This document shows, one piece after another, positions 18,124-27,318 of a DNA stretch of 64,000 bases (positions within the stretch are counted from its first letter, which is position 1; the number at the start of each line of letters is the position of its first letter). The notes under the pieces were generated by a model that saw only the letters and a program-made list of their open reading frames with translations, was not told the origin of the DNA and did no database searches. A program made the translations under genes and the position numbers. Source of the stretch: an uncultured Candidatus Saccharibacteria bacterium (GTDB lineage Bacteria; Patescibacteriota; Minisyncoccia; Phycocordibacterales; Phycocordibacteraceae). The stretch lies in the NCBI GenBank assembly GCA_964618705.1, contig CAZUBJ010000001.1, positions 2,050 to 66,049 on the forward strand, in the 5' to 3' direction.

Positions 18124-18348
18124 TCAGTCAACGAGGTCGGGCAGGCCGAGCTCTTTGAAGAGAACGAGAGTATCGGGCTCGTAATAGAGCGGGTAGGCCT
18201 TGACCTCATGGCCATTGACCATGACCATCTTCGGGGCATCCAGCACCACTTCAGCTCCTGCGCGCAGTCTCACCGTAGTGGGCAACAGCCCACATCCTGG
18301 GAACTGCTCGTAGGTTGGTACTGCCTGTGGCAGAGTAACCGTGTGCAT
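18124..18348 (-). CDS. Small hypothetical protein (74 aa, possibly a beta-grasp-like fold)
   Basis: It starts at ATG 18348 with a strong GGGAGG SD 8 nt upstream. A terminator hairpin at 18081-18112 follows it, and the ORF is GC-rich. Confidence 0.45.
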   Translation of the reverse strand: MHTVTLPQAVPTYEQFPGCGLLPTTVRLRAGAEVVLDAPKMVMVNGHEVKAYPLYYEPDTLVLFKELGLPDLVD

Positions 18349-18417
18349 CAGAAAAACCTCCCTGTGTCCTGTGCGTGGGCACCATACCATGCAGTTGTGC
18401 CGCTGTATAATGGGTTC

Positions 18418-18894
18418 ATGAAGAAAGTATTCACTACGGGTGTGCCAATAGTGCTGTCGCTCTATATCGCAGTCATATTTCTAGATTCGCTGCGCTATAA
18501 GTTCACCAATCATCCAAAGACTGAGAATATATTTGGTATCCTCGATTCCTGGGCTGGAACACTTGGATTGCCGGGGCTGTTCGCACATACGGGCGTATTC
18601 AGTCAGTACGTTATCGGTTCGGTGGAGCTGCTTGCGGCCGCACTGGTTCTTCTCGGGCTTGTGCCAGCGCTACGAAAACTTTCACTTGTAGGAAGTGGCA
18701 TTGCGTTTGTCGTTATGACGGGTGCGCTTTTCTTCCACCTCTTTACACCGCTTGGTATAGATCCAAATCAAGATGGAGGCGGACTCTTTGTGGCGGCAGT
18801 GCTCCTGTGGTGCGCAAGCATCGTACTCATCAGTATTCGCTTGCGCGAGCGCGGCATAATAGCGAAACAAGCTGACGAAAGCGTGCAAAACTGA
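18418..18894 (+). CDS. DoxX family membrane protein
   Basis: It has four predicted TM helices with the DoxX-like pattern (IAVIFLDSLRYKF, ELLAAALVLLG). Confidence 0.55.
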   Translation: MKKVFTTGVPIVLSLYIAVIFLDSLRYKFTNHPKTENIFGILDSWAGTLGLPGLFAHTGVFSQYVIGSVELLAAALVLLGLVPALRKLSLVGSGIAFVVMTGALFFHLFTPLGIDPNQDGGGLFVAAVLLWCASIVLISIRLRERGIIAKQADESVQN

Positions 18895-18907
18895 TAGACT
18901 GCCTCCG

Positions 18908-19789
18908 ATGCATCAAGTACTGCTTTTCTATAAATACGTCACCATAGAAGACCCAAAAGCTGTCATGGACAGTGTGCGGGCGCTTGCCAAGCAACATAAT
19001 CTCCTCGGGCGAGTGCTTGTGGCTGAGGAAGGAATCAATGGAACGCTTGAGGGTCTCACCGCTGATACGGAGGCGTTTGCACTGGAGCTGGTCAAAGAAC
19101 TGCGCTTCGCAGATATGAACATTAAGCGCAGCGAAGGCACCGGAACGTCTTTTACTAAGCTGTACGTAAAAGTGCGCGACGAGATAGTAGGAACGCGCTT
19201 TCCAAAGAATGTGGACCCTCGTGTGCGCACGGCACCGCACCTCCCGGCAGAGACACTTCGTGAGTGGTACGAGAAAGGTGAAGATTTTGTAGTGGTAGAT
19301 ATGCGCAACGACTACGAGTATCAGTCGGGCCACTTCAAGGATTCGGTGAATCCAGGTATGGAGAATTCGCGCGATTTACCAAAGGTGATGCCGGTACTTG
19401 AGCCGCTGAAGTCAAAGAAGGTGGTGACCGTGTGCACGGGAGGCGTACGCTGCGAAAAGATGTCCGCATTTCTCCTTGAGCACGGATTTGAAGATGTGTA
19501 CCAGCTAGAGAACGGCATGCACACCTATATGGAAAAGTACCCAGGGAAAGATTTCCTCGGTACGCTCTACACATTTGATAAGCGTCTCACTATGGATTTC
19601 GGAGGAGATCGCGAAGTGGTAGGGCGCTGCAAGCTTTGTGGAGACTCTACAGAGAAGTATGTGAACTGCGCAAACAATGACTGCCACCTACACTTCCTCG
19701 CTTGCGAAAGTTGCCAGAAAGAAGACGGAACCTTCTGTTCGGTAGCATGTACTGAACACGTAGCCGCGCACACACCTTCCCATGCCTAA
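18908..19789 (+). CDS. trhO: Rhodanese-domain tRNA uridine(34) hydroxylase TrhO (UPF0176/YceA family)
   Basis: LLFYKY...EGINGT is the N-terminal family signature, the rhodanese Cys loop is VCTGGVRCEK, and a C-terminal Cys cluster follows. Confidence 0.75.
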   Translation: MHQVLLFYKYVTIEDPKAVMDSVRALAKQHNLLGRVLVAEEGINGTLEGLTADTEAFALELVKELRFADMNIKRSEGTGTSFTKLYVKVRDEIVGTRFPKNVDPRVRTAPHLPAETLREWYEKGEDFVVVDMRNDYEYQSGHFKDSVNPGMENSRDLPKVMPVLEPLKSKKVVTVCTGGVRCEKMSAFLLEHGFEDVYQLENGMHTYMEKYPGKDFLGTLYTFDKRLTMDFGGDREVVGRCKLCGDSTEKYVNCANNDCHLHFLACESCQKEDGTFCSVACTEHVAAHTPSHA

Positions 19790-21029
19790 ATCAGGGAACA
19801 CGCACGACGTCATCGTTGTGGGTGGTGGAGCCTCGGGCATGATGGCGGCTGGTATTGCAGCAGAGCAGGGTAAGCGCGTGCTGTTGATCGAGAAGAACGA
19901 AGTGTTGGGAAGGAAACTTTCTATATCTGGTGGAGGTCGCTGCAATATTCTGAACGCAGAGGACGATGTGCACGCGCTGCTTGCCAACTACGGCGAAGCT
20001 GCACCCTTCCTGTATTCGGCATTTGCAGAATTTGGGGTACAAGAAACAACCGCATTCTTTGAACGTATTGGTGTGCCGATTGTTGTGGAAGCGCGTAAGC
20101 GCGCATTCCCTGTATCGCAGCGCGCAGTGCTGGTGGTTGAGGCGTTGGAGGAGTATTTGCGCGAACGAGGTGTAGAGATTCGCACTAGCACCAGTATTGC
20201 GCGCGTAAAGACCGAGGGAAATAGAATTACCGCAATTGTGGCGCAAGGGTTTGAATTTACTGCGGACAACTACATCTTTGCGACGGGTGGTGTGTCGCAC
20301 CCAGAGACCGGCTCCACAGGAGACGGGTTTGATTGGTTGAGTCAGCTTGGGCACACCGTCACTGCACCGACTCCGACTATTGTTCCGCTGGCTGTAAAAG
20401 AGAAGTGGCTGCACTCGCTGAAGGGTACGACACTTTCTGATGCAAAAATTACATTCTATTTGGATGGGGCGAGAAAGTTTAGTAAGCGTGGCGACATCCT
20501 GCTCACGCACTTTGGCATCTCTGGACCAACGATTCTAAACGCAGCGGGTGATGTTGCTGACCTCTTGTACGAGGGGGTGGTTACAGCGACCATAGACATA
20601 TTCCCGACAAAGGACATTGGCATCTTGGATAAGGAGCTCGTCGCTTTGTTTGATGGCAACAAAAACAAATTACTTCGCAACACACTTCCACAGCTCATCC
20701 CGTCTTCTACGGTAGAGACGCTACTTAGTCTTGTTCCGGCAGTTAGCCCCGACACAAAAGTGCATTCGGTGACCAAGGAAGAGCGTCGCGCACTCATTGA
20801 TGTGTTTAAAGGTCTACCGATTACCATTTCGGGACTTATGGGAATGAGTCGCGCCGTCGTTGCTGACGGCGGGGTTGCGCTTACCGAAATTGATATGCGC
20901 ACGATGCAGTCCAAGAAAGTTGAGAACCTGTTCGTGACGGGGGATCTCCTAGATATTACGCGTCCATCGGGTGGCTACTCCTTGCAGCTCTGTTGGACGA
21001 CGGGCTACCTGGCTGGCAAGAACGCGTAA
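19782..21029 (+). CDS. NAD(P)/FAD-dependent oxidoreductase, HI0933/YhiN family (aminoacetone oxidase-like)
   Basis: VIVVGGGASGMMAAG is the FAD-binding GxGxxG motif, followed by GGGRCN, the typical family motif. Confidence 0.75.
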   Translation: MPKSGNTHDVIVVGGGASGMMAAGIAAEQGKRVLLIEKNEVLGRKLSISGGGRCNILNAEDDVHALLANYGEAAPFLYSAFAEFGVQETTAFFERIGVPIVVEARKRAFPVSQRAVLVVEALEEYLRERGVEIRTSTSIARVKTEGNRITAIVAQGFEFTADNYIFATGGVSHPETGSTGDGFDWLSQLGHTVTAPTPTIVPLAVKEKWLHSLKGTTLSDAKITFYLDGARKFSKRGDILLTHFGISGPTILNAAGDVADLLYEGVVTATIDIFPTKDIGILDKELVALFDGNKNKLLRNTLPQLIPSSTVETLLSLVPAVSPDTKVHSVTKEERRALIDVFKGLPITISGLMGMSRAVVADGGVALTEIDMRTMQSKKVENLFVTGDLLDITRPSGGYSLQLCWTTGYLAGKNA

Positions 21030-21048
21030 AACGAATGGCCCCCGCTTT

Positions 21049-21501
21049 TTAGGCGGAGGCCGGGTCGTAGATGCCGACCTCCACCGTTCTGTTCTCTATC
21101 ATTTCGAAGAGAACATCGCGGTCTATCGGAAAGACTTCTACTGGTCGTACAGGTTTGTGTGACACGAAGGCGGCGAGAGTGAGTTCCTCAAACCCCTCTT
21201 TCGGGAGAATATGTACGAAGCCGGGTCCGTGGATGAATCCCAGAGGCACGCGGACATCCAGCGTTGAGGTTGTCGTTTGGGGTGCAAATCCCCACTCGGT
21301 TCGCTTTGTGTGAATGGTTGCATACAACAGGGCAATTTCTATGCAAGTAGTTGCGTAGACGCCCAGGTGGTTGTAGGCGGGTACATCATCGCGCCCGGTG
21401 CGACGAGGCTCAATGATCTCCAACTCATACGGGGATCCATGCATGACATAGCGGTCTTCTGGAATCTCCAGCAGGCGCTGGTACAGTTCGGCGTGGCGCA
21501 T
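21049..21501 (-). CDS. Hypothetical protein (150 aa)
   Basis: It starts at ATG 21501 with an AAAGGAG SD 6 nt upstream. It converges on the previous gene with a 20-nt hairpin-containing gap. Confidence 0.4.
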   Translation of the reverse strand: MRHAELYQRLLEIPEDRYVMHGSPYELEIIEPRRTGRDDVPAYNHLGVYATTCIEIALLYATIHTKRTEWGFAPQTTTSTLDVRVPLGFIHGPGFVHILPKEGFEELTLAAFVSHKPVRPVEVFPIDRDVLFEMIENRTVEVGIYDPASA

Positions 21502-21598
21502 GTGAGACTCCTTTCTCTTGGCGACACTCTGGACAGAGATATAACACAGTTGCGTAATACTTACCAATCCTCACAAAATGTGGTAGAATACCCGAAAC

Positions 21599-23089
21599 GT
21601 GGCTAGCAAACCCAATACAGAACAAGGAGGACCTTCGCGCGAGGTCCTGGTCAAATTTGAGGACGTGTCATTTGGATACGGTCACAATCACCCTATCTTA
21701 GACACGGTGAACTTTTCGTTGCGCCGTGGAATGAAAGTGACGCTCATGGGACAGAACGGCGCTGGTAAGTCGACACTGTTTAGTCTCATTACCGGAGCAC
21801 GCAAGCCAGAGGACGGACGCGTACTTATTCCGCGCGGTACCACGGTTGCTATTGCGGCACAGGTGATTGCGCCGGACGAGCGCGAACTTACCGTGCGTGC
21901 ATTCTTTGAGAAGCGCTTTGCAGAGAAGGTTTACGATATTGATCCAAAGATTGACGCCGCTCTTGAAGTGGTGAATCTGCATGCTCCGCACGACCGCATC
22001 ATTAAGAGCTTCTCCGGTGGTCAGCAGGCACGTTTGCTTCTTGCCTCGGCCCTTATTCAGGATCCAGACCTGCTTTTGCTCGACGAGCCTACCAACAACC
22101 TAGACACTGCAGGCATTGAGCATCTCACTAGCTTCCTCAAGAAGTACGAGAAGAGTGTGATGGTTATTTCCCACGATGCGGAGTTCCTCAACTCATTCAC
22201 GGAGGGTGTGTTGTACCTAGATGTGCACACACGAAAGATTGAGCAGTACGTCGGAAACTACTACGACCTCTTAAAGGAGATTTCAGCACGTATTGAGCGC
22301 GAGAACCGCAAGAACGCCCAGCTTGAAAAGCAAATTCAAGACAATAAGGACAAGGCGAACTTCTTTGCACAAAAGGGAGGAAAGATGCGTGTGGTGGCAA
22401 AGAAGATGCGTACGGCAATTGAAGAGATGGAGGAGAACAAAGTGGATGTGCGTAAGGAGGACAAGACCATTCGCCCGTTCGTGATTCCTGCGCAGCCGGA
22501 GATTGTCGGAGAGCTTCTCACCATTACTTCCTACACAACTATTGACCCAAAGAAGCATGTGCCTGTGACGCACAAGGCAGATATCGTACTTAAGAAGAAG
22601 CAGCACCTGCAGTTAAAGGGACCAAACGGCATTGGTAAGACGACACTCCTTGAGCGACTTGCCTCTGGCGAAGCTGATGGCGCCCAAATTGCAAAGGGTG
22701 TGCGTGTCGGGTATTACCGCCAGGACTTCTCAACGCTTGATTTTGAGCGCACGGTGCGCGAAGAGCTCCTCGCAATCATGGACAAGCAGGATGAAGAGCA
22801 AATGCGCAAAGTTGCCGCAAGCTTCATCATTACGGCTGAGCACATGGGTAAGAAGATTGGCTCACTTTCTGAAGGACAGAAAGGTTTGGTAGCTTTTGCT
22901 CGTCTTGTGCTTATGCGCCCAGGACTCTTGATCCTCGACGAGCCAACAAACCACATTAACTTCCGCCACCTTCCTGTCATTGCAAAAGCACTTGATCAGT
23001 ATGAAGGAGCGATGATTTTGGTATCGCACGTTCCAGAGTTCGTTGAGCAGATTCGCATTGATAACGTTCTCGATCTCGGTAAGAAGTAG
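21599..23089 (+). CDS. ABC-F family ATPase (tandem ABC domains, no TMD)
   Basis: Two Walker A motifs (GQNGAGKST, GPNGIGKTT), two LSGGQ-like signatures (FSGGQQ, LSEGQK) and an interdomain linker are present. Confidence 0.85.
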   Translation: MASKPNTEQGGPSREVLVKFEDVSFGYGHNHPILDTVNFSLRRGMKVTLMGQNGAGKSTLFSLITGARKPEDGRVLIPRGTTVAIAAQVIAPDERELTVRAFFEKRFAEKVYDIDPKIDAALEVVNLHAPHDRIIKSFSGGQQARLLLASALIQDPDLLLLDEPTNNLDTAGIEHLTSFLKKYEKSVMVISHDAEFLNSFTEGVLYLDVHTRKIEQYVGNYYDLLKEISARIERENRKNAQLEKQIQDNKDKANFFAQKGGKMRVVAKKMRTAIEEMEENKVDVRKEDKTIRPFVIPAQPEIVGELLTITSYTTIDPKKHVPVTHKADIVLKKKQHLQLKGPNGIGKTTLLERLASGEADGAQIAKGVRVGYYRQDFSTLDFERTVREELLAIMDKQDEEQMRKVAASFIITAEHMGKKIGSLSEGQKGLVAFARLVLMRPGLLILDEPTNHINFRHLPVIAKALDQYEGAMILVSHVPEFVEQIRIDNVLDLGKK

Positions 23090-23092
23090 CGC

Positions 23093-23344
23093 ATGGCGAG
23101 TACCTGGCACGTCTACATGGTGGAGTGTGCAGACGGAACCCTCTATAGCGGTATCACTACTGATATAGATAGGAGAATCAAAGAGCATAACGAGTCCGAC
23201 AAAGGTGCACGCTACACGCGCGCGAAGCGCCCAGTACTGCTGGTGTATAGCGAAGAACACGCCGACAGGAGTACTGCATCTAAGCGCGAATACGAACTTA
23301 AGCAATTGTCGCGAGAGGAAAAGAAGAAACTGTTTTCCAGCTAG
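23093..23344 (+). CDS. GIY-YIG nuclease family protein (UPF0213/YhbQ-like)
   Basis: WHVYMVECADGTLYSGITTDIDRRIKEHN matches the family. Confidence 0.75.
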   Translation: MASTWHVYMVECADGTLYSGITTDIDRRIKEHNESDKGARYTRAKRPVLLVYSEEHADRSTASKREYELKQLSREEKKKLFSS

Positions 23345-24597
23345 ACTGACCCCATAAAGGGAATAGGAAAGCGCTTCGCACCCTCACTGGTGTAGATAAG
23401 CGAGTCCTCGTGCATGCGCGAGGGGGCGGGACGGCTAGCGTCAGCGGTAATTGAGCGCGCGCTTGTACCAAAGAATACTGCGTGCTCGCCGAACTTATGC
23501 TCTAGGTGGTCTATGGCTTGCATAAGCTTTTTGCTGTGCTCGTGGGTATGAGTACTATCGAAAAGGTTTTGTTGCAGGCTTGCGGGTTCCCGTAGCCCTG
23601 AGAGAGTAATACCCGTAGTCCGGTAGAGAGTGCTCGGTTTGTATACACGAAGGAACTCCGCGCGAAGGAGTGGAAGAATATCGCTCGGGTTGTTGGTAGG
23701 AGCGGAGAGCTTCACATCGCCAGCATGGAAACGGAATGCCTGCGTCTTAAGAAAAAATGATGCATGGGTGGCAACCGTGCCCAGGCGGCGCGCCTTGCGG
23801 CAGCCGTTCTCTACGTGTTGCGAGAGTTCTGAGAAAAGGACGCGCGGGTCAGTGGTGGGAGGATTAAAACTGCGTGTCCGCTGAATAGACTTTTGATCGT
23901 TCGCGTTTACAAAATCCACTGCAAGAACACTCTCTCCATTCAATTCATTCCACAGGTCTACGACTGGTGCGTTGAAGAGACCATGCACACGAGCACGGGG
24001 AAGCTCAGTAAACTGTAGGCTGGTGAGAATACCCATACCCTGCAATCTCGCAGAAGTTTTGGGCCCTAGTCCCCATACATACTGTACGGGTGTTTGTAGA
24101 AGGCACTCTTCTCTGTTCTCTTCCGTAATTACCCAAAAGCCATCCGGCTTCTTGTGTTTGGAGGCAAGCTTTGCGAGAACTTTCGTGGGACCAATACCAA
24201 GAGAGAACGTAATGTTGAGCTCATTCTGCAGTTCCTCCTTAATGCGATGTGCGTCTTCAATGGGGCTCGATAGCAATGAAAGATCGGCGAAGCACTCGTC
24301 GGTGCCGTACTCCTCTACGAGTGGCGCGTAGCGCCGCACAATCGCGTACATACGCTTGGATACTTGCGCGTAGAGCTCAAAATCAGACGGCAGGATGGTC
24401 ACCTGCGGAAAGCGGCTTCGCACCTCAAATATTGGAGTGGCACGACTAATGCCAAGCGCCTTCGCTTCGTAGGTGGCGGCAGTCACAATGCCACGCTCGC
24501 GTCCAACTACCACTGGCTTCCCGCGCAGGTCAGGACGGCGAGAGACCTCGCACATGGCGAAGAAGGCGTCCCCGTCTACGTGCAAGATCATGGACAT
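23341..24597 (-). CDS. dinB: Y-family DNA polymerase (DinB/Pol IV-like)
   Basis: ILHVDGDAFFAMCE, SIDECFADL, ASKHKKPDG and GIGPKT match the family. It is co-oriented with the upstream lexA-like gene, and its start overlaps that gene's stop. Confidence 0.8.
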   Translation of the reverse strand: MSMILHVDGDAFFAMCEVSRRPDLRGKPVVVGRERGIVTAATYEAKALGISRATPIFEVRSRFPQVTILPSDFELYAQVSKRMYAIVRRYAPLVEEYGTDECFADLSLLSSPIEDAHRIKEELQNELNITFSLGIGPTKVLAKLASKHKKPDGFWVITEENREECLLQTPVQYVWGLGPKTSARLQGMGILTSLQFTELPRARVHGLFNAPVVDLWNELNGESVLAVDFVNANDQKSIQRTRSFNPPTTDPRVLFSELSQHVENGCRKARRLGTVATHASFFLKTQAFRFHAGDVKLSAPTNNPSDILPLLRAEFLRVYKPSTLYRTTGITLSGLREPASLQQNLFDSTHTHEHSKKLMQAIDHLEHKFGEHAVFFGTSARSITADASRPAPSRMHEDSLIYTSEGAKRFPIPFMGSV

Positions 24598-25166
24598 TAG
24601 TATTTTCGAACGATTGCGGTCACAACAGCCTCAATGTTCAGATTACTCTTGGGATAGATAGGTTTGTATGCGCTGTTAGCGGGTTCCAGATAGTAGTGCT
24701 CATTCTTCTTGCGTAGATACTTCATGGTGTACTCGCCCTCGATGGAAGCGATGACAATTTGCCCTACTTTGTAGGTAGGCTTGCGCTCTACGATGACCAA
24801 GTCACCTGGATGAATCCCCGCTTCTATCATGGAGTCTCCCTTCACTTTAAGTACGTAGCTCGATTCCTTGTTTGGGGTGAGATACTCGTCAAAGTCCATG
24901 GTGTCGAGCATCTCCTCCTCGGCAGGAGTAGGGAAGCCAGCCTCCACAACACCAAGGAGCGGTACTCCGCGAAGCTCTCGTCCAGGTGTCAGTCGGCCTT
25001 GCAGATCCTTTTCTAGCACGCCCTCGTCTACCATTTTTTCTACAAACTTGTACACCGAGTTTTTGCTCTTTACGCCAAGCAATTTCATAAACTCTTGGTA
25101 GCCTGGCATGCGGCGGTGTTGCTGCCAGAATCCGACAACGGCCCTCTTTCGTGAGTGGTAATCCAT
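24597..25166 (-). CDS. lexA: LexA-like repressor (wHTH plus S24 peptidase with Ala-Gly cleavage site)
   Basis: The wHTH is GYQEFMKLLGVKSKNSVYKFVEKMVDEG. The cleavage site VVEAGFP is followed by KGDSMIEAGIHPGDLV, with Lys in TMKYL. I chose the start at ATG 25166 (MDYHS..); the track ORF begins at a TTG at 25301. Confidence 0.7.
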   Translation of the reverse strand: MDYHSRKRAVVGFWQQHRRMPGYQEFMKLLGVKSKNSVYKFVEKMVDEGVLEKDLQGRLTPGRELRGVPLLGVVEAGFPTPAEEEMLDTMDFDEYLTPNKESSYVLKVKGDSMIEAGIHPGDLVIVERKPTYKVGQIVIASIEGEYTMKYLRKKNEHYYLEPANSAYKPIYPKSNLNIEAVVTAIVRKY

Positions 25167-25181
25167 CTCTTCATAGTAGGG

Positions 25182-25210
25182 GAACCCTGGTTCACCTGTC
25201 AAAGAAACAG
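25182..25210. promoter_or_regulatory. Candidate operator palindromes in the lexA/luxR divergent intergenic region (GAACC-CT-GGTTC and CTGT-N7-ACAG)
   Basis: The inverted repeats lie at 25182-25193 and 25196-25210, upstream of the lexA-like start. I did not compute a consensus match. Confidence 0.25.
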
Positions 25211-25321
25211 GGTGGACAGAGGTGTATTTGTAGACAGATAGTGGTTCCGGCGTATACTCCACGTCGGACCTGTATAGTTCTCCATTGGTCCAATGTTTCA
25301 ACCCCTAACAGGGAGGCTTCC

Positions 25322-25963
25322 ATGACCAGTGGTTATGGACACATAGTGCGCCCCCTGAAAAAAGGGGCAAATCGTGCATCTCTGATTCCGTGCGTATGGA
25401 ATCCGCGTGGCGTAAATGCGGCTCTGTGTAGCGACATAAGCAGTCGGCCTGGCCGGAACGAAGGGTGCTGTAGAGAAGCGTGTACGTCACCAAACCGTGT
25501 GTGCCGAGTATGCATGCATGAAGGAGGTGTGCCCGGCACGGTGGTGGACTTTGTGCTCGGAGTCTGTGAAAGGCATAAGGGCTCCGATTCGAATCCTCAC
25601 CATAACCTGTTGAGCGCGAGCGCTGCAGCTCTCGATCTCGCTTCGTCTAAAATCCTTCGACAGCGTCTCGAGAGAAAGGCTCGTACGCTCAAAGAGGACC
25701 TGCGCGTCCTAGACCCGGTTCTTTATGAGCCCGAGCACTACAAAGATAGGATTGCAACTCTGCCAAAGCGACAGCTAATGGTTCTCGCCTATCTGTCCCA
25801 TGGACTTTCAGACGAGGAAGTGGCTGAACGGTTTCTGTGGAGACCCTGGCGAGTAACGCTGATCATGAAGGAGATTTATCAACACTTTTCTTTGGAGCAA
25901 ATTCCATCCCGTTCGCGACGGGGCGTGCTCGTGGAAATCGCGAAGCTCTGGGCTCGTTCGTAA
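25322..25963 (+). CDS. LuxR/GerE-family HTH transcriptional regulator (C-terminal HTH; Cys-rich N-terminal region)
   Basis: The C-terminal LPKRQLMVLAYLSHGLSDEEVAERF is a LuxR-type HTH. I chose the start at ATG 25322 with a GGGAGG SD 5 nt upstream; the track ORF starts at 25151. Confidence 0.55.
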   Translation: MTSGYGHIVRPLKKGANRASLIPCVWNPRGVNAALCSDISSRPGRNEGCCREACTSPNRVCRVCMHEGGVPGTVVDFVLGVCERHKGSDSNPHHNLLSASAAALDLASSKILRQRLERKARTLKEDLRVLDPVLYEPEHYKDRIATLPKRQLMVLAYLSHGLSDEEVAERFLWRPWRVTLIMKEIYQHFSLEQIPSRSRRGVLVEIAKLWARS

Positions 25964-25977
25964 GTTTGAATCAAAAA

Positions 25978-26000
25978 GGGCCGGCGCAGCGCGCCGGCCC
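25978..26000. terminator. Bidirectional hairpin terminator (GGGCCGGCGC-AGC-GCGCCGGCCC) between luxR and rsuA
   Basis: A perfect 10-bp stem carries an A-tract before it and a T-rich tail after it. Confidence 0.55.
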
Positions 26001-26007
26001 ATTATGT

Positions 26008-26919
26008 TTATGCGAGCCCGAGCGACTTTAAGAACGTTTCAAGTTCGTCGCCTTCAATCGCGCGATAGCTGCCACCCTTCAGTGCGCCAATCTTAATATT
26101 CATAATGCTCATACGGCGCAGGTCAGATACTTCGTTGTGAAGCGCCACCACCATGCGGCGAATCTGGTGACTCTTGCCCTCGGTAAGCGTGATACGGAAT
26201 GCCTTCTCACCAAGCAGATTTACCTTGGCCGGACGGGTCATGTATCCCTCAATAAGCACACCCTTTTCCATGTGGTCTTTAAAAGTTGCCCGTATCGGCT
26301 GCTTGGTGCGTACCTCGTACACTTTCTCGTGCTCGTGGTCAGGATTCAATAGACGGTCAGTAATGCGTCCGTCGTTGGTCAAAATAATGAGACCGTGGGA
26401 TGCCTTGTCCAGGCGACCAATAGGAAACAGGCGCAACTGCTTCAGTTCTGCAGGAAGCGAATCGAAAATATTCTCCGCACCGGTGTCTTCCTGGTGCGTG
26501 TCCATGCCCGCTTGCTTGTTGAATGCAAAATATGCGTACTGCTTGGGGCGACTGTTGCGGCGTACCTCAATAGCGTCATTCTCAAGCACCTTGTCACCAA
26601 CTTGAGCTACGCGGCCATTAATAAGTACAGCCTTACGTGCAACGAGCGTATCAGCTTCGCGGCGGGTAGAGTGGCCCTTGAGTGCCAGATACTTATTAAT
26701 GCGCATTGGGTAGAGTTCTCCCTTTGGAATAGGGGAAGGCCCGCGCTCTTTCACAAAGCGAGGCAGAGGAGTCGCGTCCCGTCCTCGACCCTTGGCGATA
26801 GTGGCAGGCTTTGGCTCAACTACGCGCTTAGAAGCCGCGTGTCGCACGGTGCGAGTTGGCTTCTTTGCAACGGGGGCCTTCTTTAGGGTGAAACCTGGCT
26901 TTCGACGAGAGGATGACAT
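26008..26919 (-). CDS. Pseudouridine synthase, RsuA/RluB family, with a basic N-terminal tail
   Basis: The S4 domain is MRINKYLALKGHSTRREADTLVARKAVLING. The catalytic motif is LFPIGRLDKASHGLIILTNDG. I chose the start at ATG 26919; the track begins at a GTG at 26979. Confidence 0.8.
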   Translation of the reverse strand: MSSSRRKPGFTLKKAPVAKKPTRTVRHAASKRVVEPKPATIAKGRGRDATPLPRFVKERGPSPIPKGELYPMRINKYLALKGHSTRREADTLVARKAVLINGRVAQVGDKVLENDAIEVRRNSRPKQYAYFAFNKQAGMDTHQEDTGAENIFDSLPAELKQLRLFPIGRLDKASHGLIILTNDGRITDRLLNPDHEHEKVYEVRTKQPIRATFKDHMEKGVLIEGYMTRPAKVNLLGEKAFRITLTEGKSHQIRRMVVALHNEVSDLRRMSIMNIKIGALKGGSYRAIEGDELETFLKSLGLA

Positions 26920-27023
26920 TAGTACAAGTATACCACAAGTTTGCAAAAAAGTACAATATGCATCATTCGGTATGCACACCCCGCCTTGCGCTTGGCTATC
27001 TACGGGCTACCATGTAGGTACAG

Positions 27024-27299
27024 ATGAGCGACTTTCTAAAAATGGATATCTTCTTTGCCGTGACGACTGTTGCGGTAATCGTTCTTACATTCCTTTTGAC
27101 GTTAGTCCTCATCCGCGTGCTCGGGGTACTGAGAAAGATTGACGAGGTTGCAACGCTTGTGCGCGAAGAAGGTGAGCAGCTTCGCGAAGACATTCAGAGT
27201 GTACGCGAGAGCGTTACCGAGGGTGGACTTCGTATCGGTCATCTATTCGGGTTTCTGAGCGGCGTTACAAAGCGCAAGCCCCGCGCAAAGCGGTCCTAA
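27024..27299 (+). CDS. DUF948-like small membrane protein (N-terminal TM plus coiled coil; YtxG-like)
   Basis: The TM helix IFFAVTTVAVIVLTFLLTLVLI is followed by a charged helical region. Confidence 0.45.
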   Translation: MSDFLKMDIFFAVTTVAVIVLTFLLTLVLIRVLGVLRKIDEVATLVREEGEQLREDIQSVRESVTEGGLRIGHLFGFLSGVTKRKPRAKRS

Positions 27300-27318
27300 T
27301 AATTTAAGTACATACGGT

